Both the position numbers and the translations under genes were made by a program. Shown in pieces: positions 1-10,395 of a stretch of DNA of 64,000 nucleotides; position 1 is the first letter of the stretch; each line of letters opens with the position of its first letter. The stretch is from Curvularia clavata. Taxonomy: Eukaryota. The DNA is taken from the NCBI GenBank assembly GCA_023920165.1, contig CP089275.1, positions 3,410,001 through 3,474,000 of the forward strand, written 5' to 3'. Under the pieces are notes generated by a model, which was not told where the DNA came from, did not search any database, and saw only the letters and a program-made list of their open reading frames with translations.

Positions 1-1783
1 AGCCTCCGCCATCTAAGCTTCGCCGCCGACCCCCTCCTGTAACTTTGCCACTGTTCAAGCTAGCGAGGACGAAGCTCATCTTGATCCTCTCTTTCGGTCG
101 TGGAAAGATCATCTTCTCGATGATGCTGAGCCATTCCGCTTCCGCTTTCAGCTGCCTCTGTTTTCTGCCTGATCCAATGAGACCGGTTCTGAGGCTTGAA
201 GTTGTGGTTGCGTGCAACCGGTTCCGCCAGCTTGCCACTCGGTCGAGGTGTGCATGGAAAGACGTGTCCTGTGTTGAAGCAGCTCTGTGCAGCGCAAAGG
301 CCGTCAGCGATTGGCCGTGCGCTACCGTCATCATTGTTAGAAAAACGCATCCTAGCGAGAAGACATCTGCCATCCTCTTGCCACGTGAGTGTGAGTGGAT
401 AGCTTCTGGTGCAGCATAGACATAGGACTGGTCCTGCATAATGGTGTTCAACTGGTCTATACGCAGCGTGTCTACCATTGTCGGACTGAACGTGTCAACA
501 CTCTGACCAATATCGAAAGGTGCAAAAAAGACACGTGCTCCATCAATCAAGATCTTGCGCGGTCGGATGTTTCGATGGCAGATGGACTGCGAATGCAGAT
601 ACTCAAGTGCCGATGACAAATCTTGCATCCAGTCCACAAGCAGTTTTGAGCGATTCGGGTCGGTTCCGGGAAGTGCCAGGAAATCGTCCAGACTATACTG
701 TGCCCTTTCGGTCAAAATTCCCACGTGATTTGGCTGTGCATATGAACAAAGCAACTTGGCAATGTTTTTATGTTCGTACTGTCTGAACTTGATGATTTGC
801 TCAAGCAGTGCAACTTTTTGCGCAGGACGAGCGGTAACAAACCGTTTTCGTACCAAGACACGGTCGTCGCTGGTACCAAGCATCCGAATTCGATCCACAC
901 TCTTTTCAGAGTTGCGCGATGACCGGACTAGACTGAGGTGCTGCAATGGAAGCGTTTCTCTGGCAGTGAAATCGACGTGACCTCCGTTCAATGGCAGTTC
1001 CTTGGATGTAGCACGCCATTGCTCCTCGACAACCTTTCGCGCGTTCGCTACGATACCTTGTAAACGATCCTCAGGGAATGGCAGACTCTCGTCCCTAAGG
1101 TCGAAAAAAGAAGCCTGTCGCCACGACGCTACGTCATCGCATACGAACAACAGTATTGCAAGCCTGGGGTTCGACAGTGTCCACTGCCAAATCTTCTTCA
1201 CAAGCGCAGCATCCCAACCCTGTTTCCGAACAAGTTCATAAAACCATCCAGAGAGCGACTGGCCTTGAGACGACAAAATCGATGTATTGATGAACCCATT
1301 TACCAAGGGGACTAGTGGAGGGGCGGGCTGGCGGTAGGGATTCGGCGAGCCAGGGTACTCGCCGCTTCTGAATGACTCTCCAGATGCCGAGGGAGGCGGA
1401 GATAGCGGCGCAAACCCTGCTACCGCGTTGATAATCCGTATTGGTTGGGGGGCGAGGGGTGTTGTGGATCGGCTGTATTGCGGAGTACGATCTGGGCTGC
1501 TGCTTTTGGGCGACGAGGAATCTGTGGATTTGTTCGAGTAAGTCGAAGCTGGGCTGGTCATGACATTGGACCATGGGTTGTTATTCATTTTTGTAGGCGT
1601 CGTACTCCGGCTTGTGCAAGACGAAACAGAGGATGTCGCTGGAGACGAAACATCGCGACTGTTGTACCATGGCTGGTCGTTTTGGAGGTTAACCATGGAA
1701 ATGGTATGCTGCAGCCCATGCTGTGGTTTGGGATACTCCATTGCTGGCGTACGCCATGGAGAATTCGAGGCGTGCTGCATCAT
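1..1783 (-). CDS. Protein-kinase-fold protein with degenerate catalytic motifs (pseudokinase), intronless, C-terminus beyond left edge
   Basis: Manual translation gives a stop-free frame from ATG 1783 to base 1 (at least 594 codons; missing from the ORF track because there is no stop). S/P-rich N-terminus, then LVRKRF, HKNIAKLLCSY, LEYLHSQSICHRNIRPRKILID, FAPFDIG, YVYAAPE and ADVFSLGCVFL, matching kinase subdomains II-IX. Confidence 0.85.
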   Translation of the reverse strand, partial: MMQHASNSPWRTPAMEYPKPQHGLQHTISMVNLQNDQPWYNSRDVSSPATSSVSSCTSRSTTPTKMNNNPWSNVMTSPASTYSNKSTDSSSPKSSSPDRTPQYSRSTTPLAPQPIRIINAVAGFAPLSPPPSASGESFRSGEYPGSPNPYRQPAPPLVPLVNGFINTSILSSQGQSLSGWFYELVRKQGWDAALVKKIWQWTLSNPRLAILLFVCDDVASWRQASFFDLRDESLPFPEDRLQGIVANARKVVEEQWRATSKELPLNGGHVDFTARETLPLQHLSLVRSSRNSEKSVDRIRMLGTSDDRVLVRKRFVTARPAQKVALLEQIIKFRQYEHKNIAKLLCSYAQPNHVGILTERAQYSLDDFLALPGTDPNRSKLLVDWMQDLSSALEYLHSQSICHRNIRPRKILIDGARVFFAPFDIGQSVDTFSPTMVDTLRIDQLNTIMQDQSYVYAAPEAIHSHSRGKRMADVFSLGCVFLTMMTVAHGQSLTAFALHRAASTQDTSFHAHLDRVASWRNRLHATTTSSLRTGLIGSGRKQRQLKAEAEWLSIIEKMIFPRPKERIKMSFVLASLNSGKVTGGGRRRSLDGGG

Positions 1784-3646
1784 TATAGAAATAGAATTCA
1801 GATATGATGGAGTTGGGCGAATGACGCGTAGGGTTATCGTCGGCGGATCTTGATATAACCGGCGGTGGCCGTGGGTGTCAAAGTGTCAAACCTGACGTGG
1901 ACGATACGATATAAGAATGCAAAAGCAAATAACAACAAGCAGCACGAGAGTGTGAGGGGGAGGGGGTGAGAGAATGGGTTGAAGAGAGCTTGGGTCCAGG
2001 AGCCCTGGTCCACAGAAGAAGTACAGCGGCACCTTTCGGGCAGCGTCGACCTTCTCGGACTCGGGCAGGGCAGAATAAGGCTGCCCTCAGCGTCAGTCTA
2101 GAGGCTGTTGATGTGTTGGCAGACAAGCTGCCCGCATTTCCTAACCGATTAGTGGAGGGCGACAATATATGGCCTTCTTCAGTGGGTGTATGTGTTGGGC
2201 GAATGCAAGCTGGGCACGAGCGCATCCCATGCGGGTTAGTTGTATGCAGGCGAACGTGGCCGCCTCAGAGTCGCTTTCAGAATCAAAGGCAAAGAATATG
2301 CATATGTTCGCATCCATACCTTCCCGTATGGTGCCAGATCACCCGGCAGCCTGCTATGGAGCGTGCGATCCGTTCCGAAGCCAGCAGAGGCTGGCGGTCG
2401 TGTGCCTGACCATACATCATGATGTTTGGGCGCAGAGGTTGCCAGACTTGTGCACGACACCGACGGCGCCCGGGATGCAAGGGCAGTACCGGGGCCCGGG
2501 ATAGTCCTCGGAGACGCGCCAGGCCTCTGCTGGTACTTGTGGGGATAGTGCCGACACGTTGCTGGTGTGTCTGCCGCGACGACATCTAGAGGACACGAGC
2601 TTTCGTGTCACGCGGCTCACCGTCACTTCTGGGCGTCGGGGCCAGGAACAACATATTTCCGTGTGGCTGCGGCATGACGTGCTTAGACATCGTTAGGTGG
2701 CTGAAGACTCGTTGGCTGGTGTGGATGGATAGATGGATGGTGGTCAGAGTATGGTCCATGTTGTTACACTGTGGGTGGTCAGTTGGCCTTTGGCGATACG
2801 CCTTGGGGGTCAGTGTGTAGTAATGGTGACAAGGTCCAGATGACAGCGGGCACTGCCTGTGTCAAGTTCGCTGGCTTGTGCGGACGTCACGATCGAAAGG
2901 TATGAGAGATGGCGTTCAGGGGCCGCACAAAGGCCCTGCAGAGGCTGAGAAGATGGCAAAGTTCGGCACAGGACCGTCTGGACAACCTCAGGGTGAAACC
3001 AGGAAGCCGGGAGAGGCGGCATGGGCAGCGTTGATTGGTAGATACAGCCTCGTCACGTGTGGGTCTAGCGTAACTCTGAAGCACCACTAGTTTGAGCGCC
3101 GTTGCCCAGAGGCAGACCTCAACACCAATTGTCTCAAGGAGTCCAGCATCGTCATGCTATCTGTATCCCCACCCCCAAACCGTTCGATCCCCGAGCTGAT
3201 GCTTGGTTGGCATCTACCGGATGCGGCTCCAGTGGGCTAATTTAGTCCTATCCCCAGTTGCGGCAGGATCATCGCATAGAGATCTCGTGTGCCACCCGTC
3301 ACAGCTTCAAGCAGAACCTGTCTCAACCCGGTTATGCGAGCTTCAGCAGGGCTCGGTGTTGCTTTGCAAGTCTTGTCTTCGGCCCAGTCACGCCATTACT
3401 AGTTCCACTGCCACCTGATCCACACGCGGACGCGTTTTCCTCGCCGCGTTTCCTCATGCTTCTCTAATTTGCACTGCTAATGACACTAAGAATGCCCGTT
3501 TCCTTTGTTCAGTGAGAAACTTTTGCGACGTCCTTCTTTTCTTCTTCGCCACTCTTTTTTTTCGAAGCACCAACGCTGCTGGGCAGCCCGGCCACATTCA
3601 CACTACCGACTTTAATACTTCGACGTCGACTAATAACCCTTCGACT

Positions 3647-4720
3647 ATGTTCTTCAAAGGTGCCCTAGTTGGCACCCTACTTGCTGCTGGACACGCAACT
3701 GCTTTCAAGGGTCGTCAGGTCGACGCTCTTCTCCAGCCAGGCCTGGATATCGAGGAGGTCCTTCGACGAGACGCGGGACGCATGGCCACTCTTACTCGAC
3801 GACAAGATGCAAACCCTGCCGACACTGCACCACTAGCTTCACTGACGCCAGCAAGTGGAGATGCTTCGAATGTAAACCAGGCGCAATGGGAGGAACAGAC
3901 TAGAGCGGCGTGTATGAAGACTCTAAGCAGTCTCAATGGACAGGCGTCGAACCCTAGTGGAATTGCTGTCTGCTACAACCTGCCGTTTCTTGACAACAAA
4001 ACTGGTGTCTTCCAGGCTGAGCTTCGAATGTATAATGTATCAGCTCCTATCAACCCATGGGTCGGTGTCACTGCAGCCGATGTGAGCATGACGCTATCGT
4101 ACCTTGGTGCAACTGTACAGAACATGCAAGGCAACTTTGCAAAGCGGGAAATCATCTCGCCAGTCGTTGAGGGCCGTTTGATCGAGAGACAGAACAACAA
4201 CGGACAGAACATTAACGGCATGACGCAACTCAAGGTCCTCATGTACGTGGGAAGGATCAATGAGAACCTGATGGGCTCAGCCATGACCCAGTAAGTAACG
4301 TGAAATCAGCGTTGTATGACATGCTCTAACAATACTTTTAGGGAGTCTTTAAAACCTCTTCTAGTTCCCCAGATCGACCTCGCTGCCAAGAACCCGGTTA
4401 CTGGCCAGGACGTCGAGACCACACTGTCATCTCAAGAGGCCTCTTTCGTCAATGGCATCTTCTCCCGAGCAGGCAATGCTCCCACAAACGCCGACCCTCA
4501 AGCTGCTGCGTCTGCATCCGCCGCCGTCTCTTCTGCTGAACCCTTTGTCGTTCCAGGAGTTGCATTGGCTTTCTTCCCAATCGGTCTTGTCATCACATCC
4601 ATCTGGGCCCTGTTCTTTTTCCTTGCCGTCGGCTTCGGAACATACGGTCGCATTCAATACCGCGACCAATACAGGAGACGTGTCAGGGCTGAGTTGGCTC
4701 GTGGTGTTCGCACCATCTAA
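3647..4720 (+). CDS. Predicted secreted/type-I membrane protein, function unknown
   Basis: Signal peptide MFFKGALVGTLLAAGHATA. One intron 4291-4341 (GTAAGT..CTAAC..TAG) joins ORF 3512 to ORF 4316 in frame (MTQ|ESLKP). C-terminal hydrophobic segment (FFPIGLVITSIWALFFFLAVGFGTY) followed by a basic tail. Confidence 0.8.
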
Positions 4721-5723
4721 TATTCCACTCATCGTCTTTCTCCGTCACCCTTTCCAGATTGGTATCTTGCCTTTTCTTTGTCAAAATAGTACTAGAAACA
4801 AAGGTTAAGCCTAGTATGAAGATTACGTTCGTTTGGATACCCCTTCCACTTTATACATATTTGTACATAATTCCGGTAGTGTGTGGTGCCTCTCATCGCA
4901 CTAATCACTCTTACCTCTTCCCCCTTTACCTAGCATCCCGGCGATGAGAGTTCCTGTTGGCAGCGCAAAACAGTTTCAGTTCTAAAAAAAAACTATATAG
5001 CACTCAAGAGATAGCAAAAAATATCAAATCGAATACCTTTGGTTTTATCACTTGCCGATTCTTGATGTACGTGCTGGCCTTCACAATTCCAATCACTGCT
5101 CGCGTTACACAACGGTGCGCGTGCGTGGTCTGGTGGAAATTGCAAGGGGTTAGACTTCTACTTCCAAACGGCTCTCCTAGTCGCTCCTAACCATTCATTG
5201 TGTTCTCTTTTGCTTCTCATTCAGCCTTGTAACCACGACTAATTAAGACTGTACCTGTTTCTTTCGATAGGTCTTGTTTCAGCGTTAGAGGTAGGAGTAG
5301 TCCAGATACAGACAAATTCTCTTGCTCCACCAGCTTGGCAATATAGGGATAATGACAGACTGGCTTTGCAACTGACGGGAACGTAGACTACATTTAGACT
5401 TAATGTACCGCGATCAGCTGTTGGTGAAAGTGTACTAAGCTAGATTACTACACAGAGTACCCGTTTGCCCCCCCCCTTCACTGCGCACGCTAGCGAGCCC
5501 ACGAGGCAAGCAAACGGCTTCGTGCTCTAATATTTGTACTCGACGGATCCGCGAGAATACCCTGTCCCTCAGTCATCCACTAACTCGACTTACATTGTTT
5601 ATATTTGCCCTCGATCATTTAACTATCTACACAACCCCAGATAGCGCACGACATCAATCAAGCACCCACCCTACACTTCTTGAATCCCACAAATATACAT
5701 CCTCGACATATAAAAAAACGATC

Positions 5724-6126
5724 ATGCGCTTCTTCGCCCTCACCCTATTTCTCGTCACGGCTGCCACGGCTGCCACAAACTGTGACATGTGCACCCAGCG
5801 CTACAATTTCTGCGTCGAGGTACGTCGTTTACACACCACTTGCAACAAGAAAGACGGAGTGAAAGAAAGAGAATGTAAAGTGCGCATAGTAACCGCATCT
5901 AGAACGGACATACCCACGGTCAAGAAGGCTGTCAGAAGACATGTGCGGAGCATGTATGCCATGTGCTGCGCAGGGAGGGCAACGAGGTATGTTGTGTCAT
6001 TTTCTTATTTACAAGTTTCTCTTCTTGTGATTTGGAGGGAGGAGATTGGCTGACAGAGTGGCATAGTGCAAAGACTGTGGTGAAGTGTTCAAAGTGTGTA
6101 GTGGAAAGTCAAGGTATGATTTTTAG
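5724..6126 (+). CDS. Small secreted cysteine-rich protein (79 aa), candidate effector
   Basis: Exons 5724-5819, 5903-5986, 6067-6126; introns GTACGT..TAG and GTATGT..CTGAC..TAG. Protein MRFFALTLFLVTAATAATNCDMCTQRYNFCVE-NGHTHGQEGCQKTCAEHVCHVLRREGNE-CKDCGEVFKVCSGKSRYDF*, with a signal peptide and 9 Cys. Confidence 0.75.
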
Positions 6127-6335
6127 CGACGGGTAAGATGAGGAAGAAACCGGATAGCGTAGGGGAAGGAAAAGAAACATAGGAGTTTGGTACTATGGTG
6201 ATTTAGGATGGAGCAGGCTAGCATGCCTTTTGTCTCCATCGTTCTACTTGAGCTCTAGGGTCGCTCATATGATACTATATCCCTTATAAAGAAAAGACTC
6301 TACCCAAGGTCGAAACTACACGATGCGATAGCACC

Positions 6336-7897
6336 CTACAACTTTCCCATAATGGGGCCCGCCCACTCACCTTTCTCTACCCTCTCACACATACTCTTCA
6401 GTGTCTGAGCCGCCCACTCAAAATCCCGCATTTCAAGGTACACCTGTGCGCTGAGGCGAGTCCACCAGTGCCCTCCGTACCAGTAAATCATGATGAAAGT
6501 ATCGTACTCGTCGCTACTCAGCTTCTTCATCCAGTCTCGCACCTTTATGCCTACATCCTCTTTCTCGATGCCGCCCTTAGCCGCAGCTTGATACACTCTA
6601 TCGAGCGATATGGGCAAGCGGATATTCGTCATGCAGCACTCACCCAGCGTGCGAGTGTTATTCTCCATCACCTCGGTACCAAGGACAGATGCAACATGTT
6701 GGCCAGCAGCCCTTGCTAGTGTGTTGCAGTACTTCCGGATGACGGCCTCGCCACCGAGGGAATCGCGCCATTTCAGCGACGTAGGGACGCACAAGTACGG
6801 GCTCGAATCAATGGTTCCCACGTACTCGAAGTTTGCTATGAAGGCTGGTTTCTCGGCATTCACAAAGGCGGATTTATTGCTCAGCACGGCAGACTGTTCA
6901 GACGTATTCTGCTCGGTACCGGGCTGGGCATACGATGGCTTTGGAAAAGGAGAGACAAACTTTGCGCCTTTGGGAGTGAAGCCGTGAGAGGTAGGTAGGG
7001 TGCTGCGCATGAGATCTTGGTGCCTGTGCGCAACATGGAAGATTGCGCAGCCGCGGGGGACATGGAGCCATCTTTGTTTCTCTGTTAGCATCTATGATCT
7101 CAGAACTGGGTTGCAAAGTGGGAGCTTACTTGTGGCAGTTGCTGACGAAGAAATCGGGATCCAGGCTACCGAGATCAATCTCAACGTGTCCAACGCCATG
7201 GGCTCCGTCGATCAAACTCATGACACCCAGCTCTTTACTCTTGGCGGTCAGGCGCTCGAATGGCACGCGTACGCCGGGCATGCTGACGACGGTGTCGAAG
7301 ATGGCGACTTTGACTCTTCCGCCTTTGGCTTCGACTTCTTTGACCTTCCTATCAAATTCCTCGACGAGCCAGTCGTCCTCGACAGGATATGTGTACTCAA
7401 CTTTGACCGACTGGGCCGGTGTAGTCTCAGTAATGTAGGATACGGTCTTCTCACATGCGCCGTAAATGGTGCTAAACATGAGAATGTGGTCGCCTGGGGT
7501 GAAAGTCAGGTTGCGCAGGACGGTGTTTACACCCGTGCTAGCGTTGGGGACGAAGACCAATGTGGAAGAGGGCGTGTTAAGGAGCTTGGCCATGGCCTCA
7601 CGGGCCTCATCCAGGTAGCGCGGATACTTGTAGATGATGAAATCGTCAGGTCGAGCTTCAGAGGCATCTTGAAAAGCGCGCAAGCTCTCGCGGACGGTAC
7701 GTGGGTAGGTGCCGAAAGAACCTGGACTGAGTCAGATGATGTTGATGAAGCTTTTATGTGAACGGGAAAGACATACCATGGTTCAAGGCCAAGAACCCCT
7801 TGTCGAATAGAAATTCCTTGTCCCGGAGCTCTTTTCCAAATTCAACGCCATCTTTTGTCTTGATGTTTGCAACACCGTACTTTGCGTTTGACGTCAT
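6336..7897 (-). CDS. egt2: PLP-dependent class V aminotransferase-fold C-S lyase, Egt2 (hercynylcysteine S-oxide lyase)/LolT-like
   Basis: Introns 7722-7776 and 7072-7129 restore LNHGSFGTYP, VPNASTGVNTVLRN, IDGAHGVG and the PLP-lysine motif SNCHKW, all typical of this family. Orthology to Egt2 rather than a paralog is not proven. Confidence 0.8.
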
Positions 7898-7970
7898 GAT
7901 TGTGCGGTGTAAAAAGTATTCTGCTGAGATGATAGAGAAAGTTGTCGTGTCTCAAGGACTCTATATACAC

Positions 7971-7986
7971 TGAGTAACATGAGTCA
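7971..7986. promoter_or_regulatory. Tandem AP-1-type bZIP sites (TGAGTAA, TGAGTCA) upstream of the egt2-like gene
   Basis: TGAGTAA at 7971-7977 and TGAGTCA at 7980-7986, next to a TATA-like element at about 7962-7967 and 75-90 bp upstream of the ATG. Confidence 0.45.
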
Positions 7987-8507
7987 ATAGGGTAATGACC
8001 GGTGAGTTTATAAGCACCGTTGGCAGCGTGCTGCATCTAGCATCGCAGCACGCCCTTAGATGTCAAGATAGTAGCAATTGACCAATCAGCATTCGGGGCG
8101 GGTATTGGCGGGTCTCAGTATCCACTTGTGACTATTCAGCTCTGAAAAGTTATTGTTTCCAGCATCTTCTGACGAGTTAGAGAGAACACAATTATGGTCT
8201 CGTCTCAAGAGTTTTCAAAAGAATCACCTTGCTGCTACATTATACCAGTGATATCGAAAGAATTGGCAATGCTATGAGGAAATTCGTCTGCTTTCATTGG
8301 CAACAGAAAGTGTTGGCATTGCCAAGGCCTTCTGATTTCAGGGGATTCCTAGCTTATTAATATATCTCCGCCTGATATCTCGGTTTTCACCGTGGGTGCA
8401 TGCGGGGCGGTTCCCGCATGTGGGGATAACACGTCACGTGTCTTGGTGACTGAACCAGCCCCGGTTCTACGAAATATCACTGCTTTTCGTGACCCTTGTT
8501 CTGCAGC

Positions 8508-10094
8508 ATGCATCCGCTCATATCTCATCCAAACATTGACGTTCTAGTCGTTGGTGGCGGCAATGCCGGCTTCTCAGCTGCCACTGCCGCTGCTCAAGCC
8601 GGCGCCCGTCGCGTCGTCCTTGTTGAAAAAGCGCCAAAAGAATGGGCTGGAGGAAACAGTTACTTCACAGCTGGCGCTTTCCGCACCGTTCATAATGGCA
8701 TTGAAGACCTCCTGCCCATTGTCAACAATGTTGACGTCGAGACAGCACAGCTCATCGACATGAAGCCTTATACCGAGGATGATTTCAGCAAAGACATGCA
8801 CCGGATATGCTCAGGCCGCTCCGATGCCGCTCTGAGTCAGGCACTGATCAAGGAATCCAACGATGCTATCAAATGGCTAGCAAAGAACGGAATCAGGTTC
8901 CAGCTCTCTTTCAATCGCCAGGCGTACAAGGTCGACGGCCGATTTAAGTTTTGGGGCGGCCTGGCGCTCAAGACAGAAGATGGTGGCAAAGGGTTGATTG
9001 CAGACCATCAAGCCTGCGCTAAACAGCACCAAGTCGAAGTATATTACTCTACGGCCGCAAAACGCATCATCACTTCTTCATCAGGTGCCGTGACAGGGGT
9101 CATGGTAGAATGCGAGGGTGTAGACACACTCGTTACGACTAATGCTGTCATCCTTGCAGCGGGAGGCTTCGAAGCTAATCCTCGCATGCGGTCCCAGTAT
9201 CTTGGTCCCAACTGGGACGTAGCACGTGTCCGCGGGACGCCTTTCAACACGGGCGAAATGCTCGAATTTGCTATTCGAGACATCAATGCTAAGCAAGCAG
9301 GCAATTGGTCTGGCTGCCATTCCACCTGCTGGGATGCCAATGCCCCTGCTAATAGCGGCGATCGCGAGGTGTCAAATGAGTTCACAAAGTCTGGATATCC
9401 ACTTGGCCTAATGATTAACATCAACGGCCAGAGATTTGTCGATGAAGGCATTGACCTGCGCAATTACACCTATGCAAAGTTTGGACGCGCTATTCATGAG
9501 CAGCCCGAAGGCGTAGCTTTTCAGATTTGGGACCAACGCACGATATCATGGCTCCGCGACGAGGAGTATAGAGATGAACGTGTTCATAAGATATGGGGAG
9601 CTACATTGGAAGAGTTGGCTGAGAAGCTCGCTGCTACGTCGGGGCTGGACGGTCCAGACCAGTTTGTCGAGACAATCAAAGAGTACAATGAAGCAGTCTA
9701 CGCATCTCAAGCCGAAAACTTGGGCAGGAAGTGGGATCCAGCGGTCAAAGACGGGCTTTCAACTCAATCTTCAACTAACAAGTTGGCTCTAGCAAAGTCT
9801 AATTGGGCGCTCCCGCTCGATCAAGGCCCTTTTATGGCTGTCAAAGTATGCTGTGGCGTTACCTTTACGTTTGGTGGATTGGTCGTAAACCCCGAGACTA
9901 CTGCAGTCATTTCCAACTCTGGCAGAGAGGTCCGTGGGCTGTTTTGTGCCGGTGAAATGCTTGGAGGGCTGTTCTATAGCAATTACCCAGGGGGCAGTGG
10001 ATTGACATCTGGTACAGTTTTTGGTCGGAGAGCTGGAACTGCAGCAGCGAACGTGATCAATGCTCGTGCCGCGGCGATGCCATCAGCATCGTAA
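8508..10094 (+). CDS. FAD-dependent flavoprotein of the succinate dehydrogenase/fumarate reductase superfamily, TcuA (tricarballylate dehydrogenase)/CobZ-like
   Basis: Intronless ORF with DVLVVGGGNAG (FAD binding), GGNSYFTAGAFR, VILAAGGFEAN, GQRFVDEG, GVTFTFGGL and GEMLGGLFYSNYPGGSGLTSGTVFGRRAG. Confidence 0.8.
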   Translation: MHPLISHPNIDVLVVGGGNAGFSAATAAAQAGARRVVLVEKAPKEWAGGNSYFTAGAFRTVHNGIEDLLPIVNNVDVETAQLIDMKPYTEDDFSKDMHRICSGRSDAALSQALIKESNDAIKWLAKNGIRFQLSFNRQAYKVDGRFKFWGGLALKTEDGGKGLIADHQACAKQHQVEVYYSTAAKRIITSSSGAVTGVMVECEGVDTLVTTNAVILAAGGFEANPRMRSQYLGPNWDVARVRGTPFNTGEMLEFAIRDINAKQAGNWSGCHSTCWDANAPANSGDREVSNEFTKSGYPLGLMININGQRFVDEGIDLRNYTYAKFGRAIHEQPEGVAFQIWDQRTISWLRDEEYRDERVHKIWGATLEELAEKLAATSGLDGPDQFVETIKEYNEAVYASQAENLGRKWDPAVKDGLSTQSSTNKLALAKSNWALPLDQGPFMAVKVCCGVTFTFGGLVVNPETTAVISNSGREVRGLFCAGEMLGGLFYSNYPGGSGLTSGTVFGRRAGTAAANVINARAAAMPSAS

Positions 10095-10395
10095 TTGTGA
10101 GCCTCCACGTATTGCTAATATGGCTTACGGAACCGAACTAGTAGATCTAGGGTTACAGCGAATTCAACTGGACAATGCTCAGTTGTAAGATATGGCTTCT
10201 TAGTTCTTACGTCGCATCAAACTCGTTGGTCTTGGTGGGCTTGTGGATTGCGGCAAGGACTTAAGCGCGTAATGAAAATATAGTGTATTCCTCAATATTC
10301 AAGCGCCTTATGCCGTCGGTTGCAAAGGCTGTCATGACCAGAGGAATGTGGGTATTGATAACGCCGCCTTGCCGTACAAATGCTTATTCCATCGT

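Noticed and set aside
3180..3200. GTTCGATCC tRNA T-loop/B-box-like motif
   Set aside because: No cloverleaf or acceptor stem can be built around it.
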